Shown here: positions 1 through 14,239 of the stretch, piece by piece
Numbering within the stretch: position 1 is the first letter of the stretch
How the letters are laid out: each line of letters opens with the position of its first letter
Assembly: GCA_037447605.1 (NCBI GenBank)
Contig: CM074812.1
Coordinates: 3,162,001 to 3,226,000 of the forward strand
Origin: Zygnema circumcarinatum SAG 698-1b
Lineage: Eukaryota > Plantae > Zygnematophyceae
Direction: 5' to 3'
Length of the DNA: 64,000 bases
The notes under the pieces: generated by a model
Seen by the model: only the letters and a program-made list of their open reading frames with translations
What the model was told of the DNA's origin: nothing
Database searches by the model: none
Position numbers and translations under genes: made by a program

Positions 1-80
1 GAGGGTGAAAGAGAAAGGGAGGGAGAGAGAGTGAGAGAACATTACATCAAAGAGCAATTCAAAGGATTAAACTGCCCTAC

Positions 81-2728
<2,648 letters not shown>

Positions 2729-2759
2729 CGGGCTCGGGCTCGGCCGGGCGGGGAGGGGG

Positions 2760-2970
2760 GAGGGTTTAGGTTTCTAGAGTTTAGGGTTTTAGGGATTGGG
2801 GTTTAGGGGTAAGGGTTTAGGGTTTAGGGGTGTAGGGAGTAGGGTTTCGGGTTTAGTGTTTATGGTTTAGGGTTTAGGGTTCAGGGTTTACGGTGTAGGG
2901 TGTACAGTATAGGGTTTAGGATTGAGAGCTGTGAGGGAAGACTTAGGGCTCGGGGTTTAGGTAGGGTTTA
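2760..2970 (+). repeat. Telomere-like (TTTAGGG)n array immediately upstream of the CSN7 start
   Basis: agggtttagg...ggtttagggttt repeats beginning ~30 nt from the ATG at 2728. Confidence 0.9.
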
Positions 2971-3923
2971 AGAGGGGATGAAATTTGAACAAATTTTGTT
3001 CAGAAAGGTTTTTGGATCACAGAGGGAGGGTTAAGGGTTCAGGATCTTGTGAGTTCGATGGTTCCAGGGAGATGGAAAGGCAAAAATGGTAAAGAGCAGG
3101 GAGAAAGAGGGTTGCAGAGAGAGTGAGAGCGGGGGGCGGAGAGAGGGAGGGAGGACGAGAGAAGAGAGAGAGAGGGAGAGGGAGAGAGAGGGAGGTAGGG
3201 TGGGTGAGAGGGAGAGGGTATGTGTGTACGAGAGAGAGAGAGGGAGAAGGGGGAGAGGGAAGGAGAGAGAGGGAGGTAGGGTGGGTGAGAGGGAGAGGGT
3301 GTGTGCGAGAGAGAGAGAGGGAGGGGGTGAGAGAGGGAGGGGAGAGAGAAGAGAGAGAGAGAGAGAGGGGGGGGTAGGGTGGGTGAGGGAGAGAGAGAGT
3401 GTGTGTTTGAGAGAGAAAGAGAAAGAAAGAGGGGAGAGAGAGAGAGGGGGAAATATGGTTTAGGGTTTCTCAAACGCGCGGAAGCGGTACGCGCACGTTT
3501 CAGAAGTTAGGGTTCGCAATTTTGGGCTGTGCGTCGCCCTCCGTTTTTCTGTTTTTTATTGAAAAGCCTAAAAAGGCGAAGCGGGGGCTTGGCGCACCAC
3601 GTAAACCTTACAGTCTACATTTCAAGTACTAATCAGCAACAGCCACGTGTTCGTAACTGATCCTGATGTCATGGAACAGCTCTCAACCATACAGACGTTA
3701 CGGTACGGTTATCTACAGTTTACAGGACTGTTGACATAGAACCTCACATTGTATGGGGCCCTTACTATGGAGTATCAGTCAATGGGAGTTTGTCACTTGT
3801 ACGACTGCGTACGTGGCGAATTTTCATTGGTTTTGGACTGCTGTGCCCGCATTGACCAATCAAATCTGCCACGTGCCATTCGACAGGTTAAATCCGTTCT
3901 GCGCAAAAATACGAAATATTTTT

Positions 3924-4870
3924 GGGTAGTGATATTTCCACCCCTTTTTTGGATCCAAACACCCCTTCCCGGCCGGGCAGATTTCAAAAAGGATTAAAAA
4001 CGGAAAATGTTTTTTTCACACCTTTTTGGAATCGATACCACCCTCCATCGGCAGATTTATTTCTGCGAAACAAGGAAAATGATAACCAGTCACCCCATTT
4101 GAATATCCCGCCTGCCTGAGTTTTTTTTCACGCGTGCGGTCAATCGCAGCCGTCGATTCCCTCGCAGATCGCAAATGGCAGATCACTATTTGATCGGCAG
4201 CCGGGCTCGGTCACAGCGCATGGCCACTTGCCCACGTATCCCGCCAAAGTCCTCTCAAAAGTTTTTCCGTACACATGTCGTACGGTCGCAACTTGAGGAA
4301 CCCAAAATTTCGTACATTGAGATCTTAGACCAATCAACGTTGTCCACGTCAAAAATTTAACACGTGGCAGGTGTTGATTGGCTGAAAGCTGACGATTGCA
4401 CGAGATCTCGGGCAGAAGGACGCGGGCACTCGCACGTGCGATCCGGCTTTGGCGGGACTCGTGGGCGCTTTCTATTCGCTGAGATCGAGCCCGGCTGCAG
4501 ATCGAACGGTGATCTGCAGTGGTGTGATCTGCGAGGGAATCGACAGCTGCGATTGACACACACGTGTAAAGGACGGACACCCGCGAACGATCTCGTGGCG
4601 GACGGATCTTCCGCTCCGAGCGGATTCGGGCAGGCAGATATTTCTTTTCCTCAAAAAAAAAATTCAGGGAGGCAGGATACAGTATTCAAAATGCGTTGAC
4701 GGGGTATCATTTTCCTTGGTTAGCAAAAATAAAATCAGCCGACGGAAGAAGGTGGGTATCCATTCCAAAAAGGTGTGAAAAAAGCATTTTCTGTTTTTAA
4801 TCCCTTTTGAAATCTGCCCGGCCGGGAAGGGGTGTTTGGATCCAAAAAAGGGGTGGAAATATCACTACCC
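3924..4870. mobile_element. Non-autonomous foldback/TIR DNA transposon (long TIRs, 8-bp TSD), copy 1
   Basis: Termini GGGTAGTGATATTTCCACCCC...GGGGTGGAAATATCACTACCC; ~60 bp perfect and ~200 bp imperfect inverted repeat; flanked on both sides by ATATTTTT; second copy at 51918-52767. Confidence 0.92.
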
Positions 4871-5240
4871 ATATTTTTTTGATTTTTACCGTCCGTACGG
4901 TGGGGATTACCGATGGTGTTGGCCACGTGTACCAAAGTTTTCACGTGGCGACCCGCCATTGGTGGACGTATGACCGTAGTGCTCTTATCGGGTCATCGAA
5001 GGTCCCCGTGGCGAGCCCGATTGGCCGATGCTCGACCATAGTGCGCGTTTTGGATCAACGACTCTTTGCTGTCGCAGAAGCCGAATGGGTTGTGCCCTTA
5101 GAACCTCTCCTGGATCGCCAACAAATATTGCCACGTCATCAGCGAGTCCGGCGTGGCGAGCTGTCATAGGTTCAGCGCTTCTCTCGGTAGCTTGTGTTGC
5201 GTCTTTAGGAACATTGTCGTACGGACCTTTTTGAATACCC

Positions 5241-5681
5241 TTAAACCCAAACCCTAGGAACCCTAAAACCCTCGTAATCTAATAACCCTACAACCCTAAA
5301 TTCCCAAAACTTTGAAAGCGGGAAAGTTGAAACCCCAGATTCCGAAAATAAACATCGCATAACCCCAAATCCTAGAAATCATTGAGGTTGAACCCTGAAC
5401 CCTGAACCCTGAACCCTGAACCCTGAACCCTGACCCCGGAACCCTGAACCCTGAACCCTGAACCCTAAACCCTAAACCCTAAACCCTGAACCCTGAACCC
5501 TGATCCTTATACCCTGAACCCTGATCCTTATACCCTGAACCCTGAACCCTGAACCCTGAACCCTGAACCCTGATCCTTATACCCTGAACCCTGAACCCTG
5601 AACCCTGAACCCTATACCCTGAACCCTGAACCCTGAACCCTGAACCTTCAACCCTGAACCCTCAACCCTCAACCCTGAACC

Positions 5682-5734
<53 letters not shown>

Positions 5735-5785
5735 ACCCTATCCCTATCCCTAAACCTTAAACCTTAAACCCTAAACCCTAAACCC
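5241..5785 (-). repeat. Telomere-variant array (CCCTGAA)n/(CCCTCAA)n/(CCCTAAA)n upstream of IMPACT
   Basis: Long run of aaccctgaaccctg with blocks of ccctcaa and ccctaaa, ending ~25 nt before the ATG at 5809. Confidence 0.92.
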
Positions 5786-5808
5786 TCGGCCAGCCCTCTA
5801 ACGCGAAC

Positions 5809-7056
5809 ATGAACGACGAAAATCGAATCCTTCAAGAAGAGGAGGCGGCGGTGCTCCAAGCGATCTTTGCAGAGGACTGTTCCGTTGCGGAAAACGGAAC
5901 AAGCATAGAACTGCGAGTTTTGGGCCCACATGGAAACGCGGGTACATTTCCGAAGTGTGAGCTTCCAGAATTGACGCTTCGAGTTCATTTTCCGGAAAAT
6001 TATCCGTCGGAAAGTTTGCCAGTGGTGGAGGTGGAGGCTGCATGGCTGTCTCCCTCACTGAGGGAGAGGCTGTGGGAGGGGATGGAAAGAGTGGGAGAGG
6101 AGGGAGTCGGAGAGGTGGTAGTATATAAGTGGGTTGACTGGTTGAGGGAGCAGGCATGGTTGTGGGAGGCTGGAGAGGGAGCGGGAGAGGGAGAGGGAGA
6201 GGGAGGGAGGGAGAGTGAGGGAGAAGGAAGGGGGGATGGGAGAAGCTTGGAAGAGAGAGAAGCGGAGGGAGATGGGGAAGGAGAGGAGGGAGAGGGGGAC
6301 GCCGAGACGGAGGAAGGTCGATGGGGAGAGGGAGAGTGGGAGAAAAAGAGAGAGAGGAGAGAGGAAGAGAGTGGAGGAGAGTTCTTAAGGAGACCCGGCG
6401 ATGATTCGAGTAGAGAGGTGAAGGAAGGAGAGGGAGGCTTCATGGACGAAATTTTCCTTCAAAATTTAGACGAGTCGTTGGGAATCGTGCATGGACCGCC
6501 GTTCACGGAGAGAAGGAGCACTTTTCAAGCACATTTAGCGCATGTGGCGAGTCTCGATGATGTTGAGAAGGTGATGCAGGCGTTGCTCTCCAATAGGAAA
6601 ATTGCGGGAGCGACACATAACATCATGGCGTACCGCATCACTGAAAAAAACCCAAATTCCGAAATCTCAATTCCCAAAAACCCTCATTCCGAAAGCCCAC
6701 ATTCAGATAACCCAAATCTCAAAAAACCACACTCCAAAAACTTAAATTCCAAAAACCCAAATCCAAAAAACCCAACTTCGAAAACCCCAAATTCTGAAAA
6801 CCCCAATTCGAGAAAGGGTTTTGTAGGGGTTCAGGATTATGATGATGATGGAGAGAGTGCTGCGGGAGGGAGGCTCCTGCATTTACTTCAAATCGTAGAT
6901 GCTAGAGATGTATTACTCGTGGTTTCTAGATGGTTCGGAGGCGTCCTTTTGGGGCCGGAGAGGTTCAAACACATAAACAATGCGGGGCGGCTTCTTTTGG
7001 ACTCATGTGGGTACATAGAGGGAGGGGCCAAAGGAGGCAGAGGGAAGAAGAGGTGA
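5809..7056 (+). CDS. IMPACT: IMPACT/YIH1 family protein (RWD domain + UPF0029 domain), intronless
   Basis: N-terminal RWD (QEEEAAVLQAIF...FPENYPSESLP); C-terminal ERRSTFQAH...ATHNIMAYRI...QDYDDDGESAAGGRLLHLL...VSRWFGGVLLGPERFKHINN signature. Confidence 0.93.
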   Translation: MNDENRILQEEEAAVLQAIFAEDCSVAENGTSIELRVLGPHGNAGTFPKCELPELTLRVHFPENYPSESLPVVEVEAAWLSPSLRERLWEGMERVGEEGVGEVVVYKWVDWLREQAWLWEAGEGAGEGEGEGGRESEGEGRGDGRSLEEREAEGDGEGEEGEGDAETEEGRWGEGEWEKKRERREEESGGEFLRRPGDDSSREVKEGEGGFMDEIFLQNLDESLGIVHGPPFTERRSTFQAHLAHVASLDDVEKVMQALLSNRKIAGATHNIMAYRITEKNPNSEISIPKNPHSESPHSDNPNLKKPHSKNLNSKNPNPKNPTSKTPNSENPNSRKGFVGVQDYDDDGESAAGGRLLHLLQIVDARDVLLVVSRWFGGVLLGPERFKHINNAGRLLLDSCGYIEGGAKGGRGKKR

Positions 7057-8415
7057 AAAAACGACTGAAAAAGTGAAGGCCCGTTATGATAATGATAATT
7101 GAATATGCTTTCTCTCGTTCTCTCTCACTCTCTCTCTCTCTCTCTCACTCTCTCTCTCTATCTCTCTTTCTCTGTCTCTTTAGCTCTCTCCCTTACTCTC
7201 CCCCTGTCTCTCTCTTCCGTGTAATTTGAATTGGGTTCAGTGGTGTCGTTTTTGGTTTCCTTTTTATTTTCTGCCATTCCATTCAATTGTTCTCTTTGTA
7301 TGAGCTGTTCTGTTTGGCTCTGTGGCTATGTCACGTTGTAAGCTTCAAGGTGATGGGTTCAATTTCTTGCGACTGCGTTAGCTTCATGGTTGACGGCTGG
7401 GAGGGTGGGTAGGATTGGGAAAGGGAGAGAGGGGTGGAAGGTTTGGAACAGAAAAATAGAGAAGAGAGAATGATGGGCACAGAGGGAAGGAAGGAGGGAG
7501 AGGGATGTCGGACGAGAAACAGGGGGAGTTGAACGGGGAGGCAGACAGAGGAATGAGGGGTGGAGACGAACAGAGGAGAGAAGACAGGTGGGCACAGCGG
7601 GAAGGACAGAGAGAGAGGGGCGAGGGAGGGGGAGCGAGTTGTGAGGAGGGAGAGCAACAGCTATAATGGGAACAGAGAAGAACAAAGGATGAGGGACCAG
7701 GGGAAGGGAGAGGGGGACAGGGAGAGGGAGGAGGGAGGAAGAGTGCAGTTTTCCTTGTGTGAGACCCTAATTCTCACAGCACACTGGCATTGGTTTTATT
7801 CTGTGAATCCTCTGAAAGGAAAATGATCCAGCAAAATTTTGTACATTACAGAATGACAGTAGTTTCTGTTTCAAATTACAACTTGTTAAACCATTGCTTG
7901 CGCATTGCTACAGCGAACATGTAACCATACCTATCGAAATTTGGGGTTCACTTTCGAGTTTTCGGGCTGTCCATTTTCTTTGTCTCAACCTCCCACAAAA
8001 ACTTACCATTACAATCGATTACTTTTGTATCTAAAGAAACTGAACATGATATCGACATATTTAAGATATTGCTTTCAAAGAATTTTTGTATACAATCAAT
8101 ATCAACGAGTGAAGCTCCAAACTTTGAGAGGGAGAGGGACAGGGGGCGAGAGGGAGAGGGACAGAGACAGAGGAGAGAGGTCAGAGGACAGAGAGACACG
8201 GACAAAGAGAGAGAGGACAGAGAGACACAGAGAGAGAGGACAGAGGAGGGGAGGGGGTTGCGAGGGGAGAGTGGAAGAGAGGAGGGGGGAGAGAGAGCGA
8301 GCGAGAGAGAGAGAGTGAAATTGAGAAATAGAGAAATAGAGCGAGACGAGGGAGAGACCGAGACACTACTTAAATACACTCTCTACATGGACCCCAATAT
8401 AGTATCTCATAAATT

Positions 8416-10619
8416 TTATTCTGACCTAATTTCTACACTTTGTTCCTTTTTCATACTTCGTCTCCGTTTCGTCGCAGTTCCATTACGGAGAACTTCATCG
8501 ACAGTTTCCAGTGACGTATCGGCCAATAGGAGCGCAGCATTTGGAAGCAAATTTGAAGCAGAGGGGCAGAGCTGGGCAGCGGCCAAATCGCAATTTCCGC
8601 ATTTTGGGCGTAAAGGGGTACAAATGGTTTGGCCGAATCCGACCTGGAAAAGAAATATGTTGACGTTAAGAGGAAAAACATGACAAGGGAAGAGGGTTCC
8701 CTCTCCCTCCTCCCGTCCCCCTTCCTCTCTCCCTCCCCCTCTCCCTCTCGCTCTCCCCCACTCCCACTCCGTCTCCCTCTTGCTCCTACCCCACCCTCAC
8801 CGTCTACATCTCTCCCTCTCCCTCTCTCTCTCCCCCACTCCCACTCCCTCTCCCTTTTGCTCCTACCCCACCCTCACCCTCTACATCCCTCCCTCTCCCT
8901 CTCCCTCTCCCGCACTCTCACTCCCTCTCCCTCTTGCTCCTACCCCAACCTCACCCTCTACATCTCTCCCTCTAACACTTCCTCTCCCTCTCCCGCACTC
9001 CCACTCTCTCTCCCTCGTGCTCCTACCCCACCTTCACCCTCTACATCTCTCCCTCTCCCTCTCCCTCTCCCTCTCCCTCTCCCTCTCCCTCTCCCTCTCC
9101 CTCTCCACTCCCTACCAGCAGAGGGTTGATCTCCACCCATTCCTCCCGCGGGAGCCATGCCTCCAACGCCTTCCTCGTCTCCTCCGGTGTCTTTGTGTCC
9201 TGAATGCATAAAATAACACTTGTGTAAAAACCTGTCAGAAAATATCCTTCAAACCGCAAACCGCAAACCGCAAACCACAAACTGCAAACTTTAGGTTTGC
9301 GGTTTGCGGACCTTGTGGCGGGTCCAATGGAGGCGATGGCTGATGCGATGCACGTGCGTGTCCACACAGATGCCCTCCGGACGCTGCCAAGCGACGTTCA
9401 GCACCTGGTCATGCAGGGAGAGGGAGAGGGAGAGAGGGGAGGGGAGGGAGCGTCAGGGAGGGAGAGTGAGGAGGGGGGAGGGAGAGGGAGAGAAGGAGAC
9501 GGGGGCGGAGGTGGACACGGAGAGGGGGNNNNNNNNNNGGGGAGGGGAGGGAGAGTGAGGAGGGAGGAGGGAGAGGGAGAGAGAAGGAGAGGGAGGGGGA
9601 GGGAGACGGAGAGAGGGGGAAAGAGGGGGGGAGCGAGAGGGAGAGAGGGGAGGGGAGGGAGAGTGAGGAGGGGAGAGGGAGAGGGAGAGAGAAGGAGAGG
9701 GGGGGAGGGGGACGGAGAGAGGGGGAAAGAGGGGGGGAGGGAGAGGGAGAGGGAGTGAGGGGAGGGGAGGGAGAGTGAGGAGGGGGGAGGGAGAGGGAGA
9801 GAGAAGGAGAGGGGGGGGAGGGGGACGGAGAGAGGGGGAAAGAGGGGGGAAGCGAGAGGGAGAGAGGGGAGGGGAGTGAGAGTGAGGAGGGGGAAGGGAG
9901 AGGGAGAGAGGAGGCGAGGTGAGGGGAAGGGAGACGGAGAGAGGGGGAGAGGGGGGGGGGCCGAGAGGGAGAGTGGTGGAGAGGGAGAGGAGAGTGGGGG
10001 AAAGGAGGAGGGCGAGAGAGGGGAGGGGAGGGAGGGAGCGGGCAATAGGGAGGGAGAGAGGGTGGAAAAGGGAGGGGGTGAGGGAGGGAGGGACGGAGGG
10101 TGGGAGGGGAGAGTGAGAGGGAAGGAGTGAGGCAAAGAAGGAGGATGAAGGAGAGGGGGAAAGTGAGAGGGGAGTAAGGGAGGAAGGGATCAAAGTTGAC
10201 TGACGAGATGAGCCATCTTCGGTCCGACTCCGGGCAGAGCCAAAAGATTTTCCAGCGACGGTGGAATATCACCATCGAATTTTTCCAAGCAAATTTCCGA
10301 AACTTTTTTCAAATACACCGCCTTTTTGCTGTAGAACCCAACCTGCCCAAAAAATAAACAAAAAAAAAGAAGCACATAAATATAAGAATGGCTTTTTAAT
10401 AATAGGAAGTTTCACGTTTTTCTGTTCGATGAGCAATATGAAGTTTCATACTATTTTTGAAGTACAAGTTTTGGGGAGGGAGCAAGTTAAAATTGAGTGA
10501 CTGACCGGACATAAAATTTTGGCCAAATCTGCGTCGTCGATGTCCTTCATGGCGATCGGAGTAAGAAGATCTCTTTCTAAGAGTCGGCCGATTGCCGCTG
10601 GAGACGGAGAGAGAGAGAT

Positions 10620-10685
<66 letters not shown>

Positions 10686-11443
10686 GGGGAGAGAGAGAGA
10701 GAGGAGAGAGAGAGAGAGGAAGAGTAAAGGGGGGGGGAGGGAAAAAGGACAAAGGGAGGGGTGAGAAATGGCGGAATGGATGAAATATGGAGGGAGTGGG
10801 AGAGTGAGGGGTACTGATAGGGAGAAACGGGAAAGCGCTTAATTGAAGAGAGAGGGAGAGAGGGAGACAAGGAGACAAGTTGAAAGAAAAACGAGAGAGG
10901 GGGAAAGGGAAAGGAGAGAGAGGACGGGCAAGAGAGAGCGGAAGGGGGAAGGCAAGGGAGAGAGAGTGGAGGAGGAAGGTGGAGGGAAAATCCTTAAATC
11001 AAACCAGAACCTTAGTGACTCTGAAAGCCCTAAAACCAATAAACTGATGGAGGGTGCCATTTGAGGGAGAGTGAGAGGAAGGGAGGGCGAGGGAGAGAGG
11101 GAGAAAGAGAGTGAGAGAGAGAGAAAGAGAGAGAGGGATCATCTGAGGGGGGAGGGTACCATGTGAGGGTGGGAGAGAGAGAGGAAGAGAGAAAGAGAGA
11201 GAGAGAGAGTGCGAGAGAGAAAGAGAGAGAGGAGGAGAGAGAGCAAGTGTCATAATATGGGGTAGGAGGGTACCATGTGTCACCTGGTCCTTTGTTTGAC
11301 TCGAAAGCAATGCCGAAACGAGTACCGCAAACCGTCTTTCCTGCACGAACATAGAATCGATACACCGCAGTTTTATCCTGAGAGATTCTTCAGATTAATT
11401 TCAGATCTCCCTCTCTCCCTCTCTCTCCCTCTCTCTCTGTGTC

Positions 11444-11474
<31 letters not shown>

Positions 11475-13578
11475 ACTCACTCTCCCCTCCTTTGGTATTC
11501 ATTTTATTTTCATAACTTTCTAAGATGAAGCAGAGATAGTCTGTCAGAAAAAGAGGGAAGAAGGGAGGGAGAGCGACAGAGGGAGAGAGAGTGGGGAAAA
11601 GAAAGGGAGAGAGGGAGGGGGAAAGGGAGGGGAAAAGGCAGGGGGAGAGGGGGGGAAGAGAGGGGAAAAGGGAGGGAGAGAGAGTGGGCGAGAGAGAGGG
11701 GAAAAGGGAGGGAGAAAGAGCGGCAAAGAGAGCGGAAAAGGACGGGAGAGTGTGTGGGGGAGAGAGAGGGGAAATGGGAGGGAGAGAGGGAGAAAGTGAG
11801 GGGAAGAGGGAGGGCGCGAGAGTGGGGGAGAGAGAGGGGAAATGGGTGGGAGAGAAAGAGTAGGAGAGAGAGGGAAAAAGGGAGGGAGATAGCGAGTGGG
11901 AAAGAGACTCAGTGGGAAGGAAAGAGAGGAGAGAGTGTGAGGAAGAGAGTTTTACTTTTGGAGGGAGACCAAGTCCCGCCTTTTCGCAGCCCATCGAATC
12001 AACAGGCGCCACGTGGCGCGCTCTCATTCGTCGAATAAGTTCCATCACTTCTTTCCATCGGATCGGCGGATCTGTAAGACACAAAAAACTGGAAATAACT
12101 GAAATGTAAATTTCCCCACACTCTCTCTTTCCCCCTCTCTTTTTCTCTCTCCCTCTCTCTCTCTTTTTCCATATCTCACTCTTTCTCTCTCTTTCACTCT
12201 CTCTCTCGTTCCCTCTCTCTTTCTCTTTCTTCCTCTCTCCTTGTCTCTCCCTTTTTCCCTCTCTCTCTTTCCCTTCTTTTTTTCCAAAAGGAATAATAAC
12301 CCACTTGAATCATATATATGCTCTTTTTGAGCTCTCGATTTTTTCTTCGGAAAAAATTCGGTCAACTTTGTAATGTTTTGTGTCTTTTTCGCCTCTCTTT
12401 CATGGAGTAAAGGAGAGGGGTTGGCTGCATCTTCAATGTCTGGGAGGGCTCCGGCCTGCATGGGGTGGGAGAAAGAGAGAGAGAGAGGGAGGGAGAGTGG
12501 ACGACGTGTGAGAGGGAGGGAGAGTGAGAGAGAGGAAGAGAGGAAGAGGGACAGAGGGAGGTAGGGAGGGACGGAGGCGGACGCAGGCAGGGAGGGAGCG
12601 GGGGGGAGGGAGGGAGAGTGAGAGAGAGACCTCGAGAGAGAGCGAGAGACGGAGAGGGAGGGGGAGGGAGAGAGGGAGAGGGAGGGGGAGGGAGAGAGCA
12701 GTAAGAAGGAAGTCAACGAGAGGGGGGAGAGAAAAAAAACTGACCGCGGGTGCGAGCAGCTCCAACGACTGTTCAAGTTTTATTTCTAAATTTAATTCCG
12801 CTTCCTTTTTCAATTTTGCCACTCCTCGCTTTCTATATGTACGGATACCTGCAGAGGTTGAGAAGAAAAAAATGGAAGAACTTATGCAAAAGTAATGAAA
12901 AAAAAAGGAAATAAATAAATAAAATAGAGAAGAATCTATCATTTAAACAATTTTTTTTGGGTAGATACACACCTTTTTGGTTAAATACAAACATAAAAAC
13001 CCTAAAATAAAATCTCACAGGCGGAAAAAGTTGTATATCTAGCCAAAAAAGGGGGCCACTTTCAAGCCTAAAAACTCTAGACCCTTACCCTTAAACCCGA
13101 GACCCTGGACCCTTAATCTTAAACCCTGAACTTAAACCCTGAACTTAAACCCGAGACCCTACCCTCAACCCTAAAACCCTTAGCCTAAAATTGAAACCTC
13201 CAACCCTAATCTCTGAACCCCACACCCTAAGCCCTAAACCCTAACCCCTAAACCCTAAGCCCTAAACCCTAACCTCCCTCTACCTCCATTCCTGCATTTG
13301 ATACAAGAACAAGTACCTGAATCCTCCACTTCCCCTCCTTTCGATACGATTGCGCTGTACTCCTTCTTAACTGCCACGTGTCCTCCATGCGCGAAGGCGC
13401 TGAACGCGGGAAGCGTGCCAGCTGGTTCGTCGACTGCGCCCGGCTCCATGGATGCCACGTGGCGCCACGTGGCACGCTCGAAGGGGTGCGCCTCCTGGGG
13501 GGCCGACACGTGGCGGTGCGAGCGCAGTCGTCGGGCGGCCATGGCGGCGAGGGAGACTCGGAGGGAAGGAGCCGCCAT
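8416..13578 (-). CDS. NTH1: Endonuclease III homolog (HhH-GPD DNA glycosylase/AP lyase with Fe-S motif), 10 exons, probable organellar transit peptide
   Basis: Exons 13578-13317, 12848-12745, 12455-12305 (LPDIED), 12071-11956 ([12 protein letters not shown]), 11340-11274 ([16 protein letters not shown]), 10597-10506, 10342-10205 (VGFYSKK...[14 protein letters not shown]), 9404-9312 ([15 protein letters not shown]), 9199-9116 ([14 protein letters not shown]), 8643-8416 ([18 protein letters not shown]...CP). All GT-AG and in phase. Confidence 0.95.
13070..13275 (-). repeat. Telomere-like array in NTH1 intron 1 (G-rich on the sense strand)
   Basis: aaaccctaaaccctaa/ccctgaa repeats on the + strand, next to the exon 1 donor. 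Confidence 0.85.
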
Positions 13579-13616
13579 GGAAAAAGCTCAAGGGTCGGAA
13601 TACCGGTATCCCCAAT

Positions 13617-14175
13617 GTAATACGATACGATATTTAATTCAATACGATATACGATAATTTAAAATATATGGTACAGATCGCTTCAAGCGGTCGGAAGGTC
13701 TGTGACACGATACGATATGATACGGTATCGTAGGGTACGATATAACAGTATCATTCCGATACGATATTGAAGCCCCATGTTTCTGACGATACGGTCATAT
13801 ACAAAAGGCCACCAGCTTTGGGAAGGCCTCCAATACGATACGATACAGTAGTACTATACGATACGATACAGTCGGTCCTTCCTATATTATTGGAAGCCCA
13901 ACTTTCACAAAATGCCGCCACCCTTGGGAAGGGCAGTCTTCCAATACGATACGATACGGTACTAAACGATACAAAACAATATGATACGATACATTTTGTC
14001 CGATATGATATTGGAAGCCCCAATTTTCTGCTTTGAAAGTATTCCGATACGATACTTGCGATACGATATTTGAATCCACCACTTCCTGACGGCAAGTCGA
14101 TGGGCCACCAAGAAAGGCAGATACGATATTGTCGATTCATTATACTGTATCGATATATTCTTCCTCTACGATATA
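13617..14175. repeat. (CGATA)n-rich degenerate repeat block with three ~110-125 bp related units
   Basis: Dense gatacgatacgat motifs; att(g)gaagcccca recurs at ~13768, ~13888 and ~14009. Confidence 0.8.
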
Positions 14176-14239
14176 TGCGTATTGACGTTTCTTTGCCAGT
14201 TACTGAAATTGCCGGCTTCCGTTGCACAGCACTGTTCAA

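Noticed and set aside
3922-4959. Recurrent peptides GSDISTPFLDPNTPSRPGRFQKG and MKSARPGRGVWIQKRGG in several ORFs (also at ~52.6 kb)
   Set aside because: They are translations of the transposon TIR in both orientations, not a gene family; no transposase motifs
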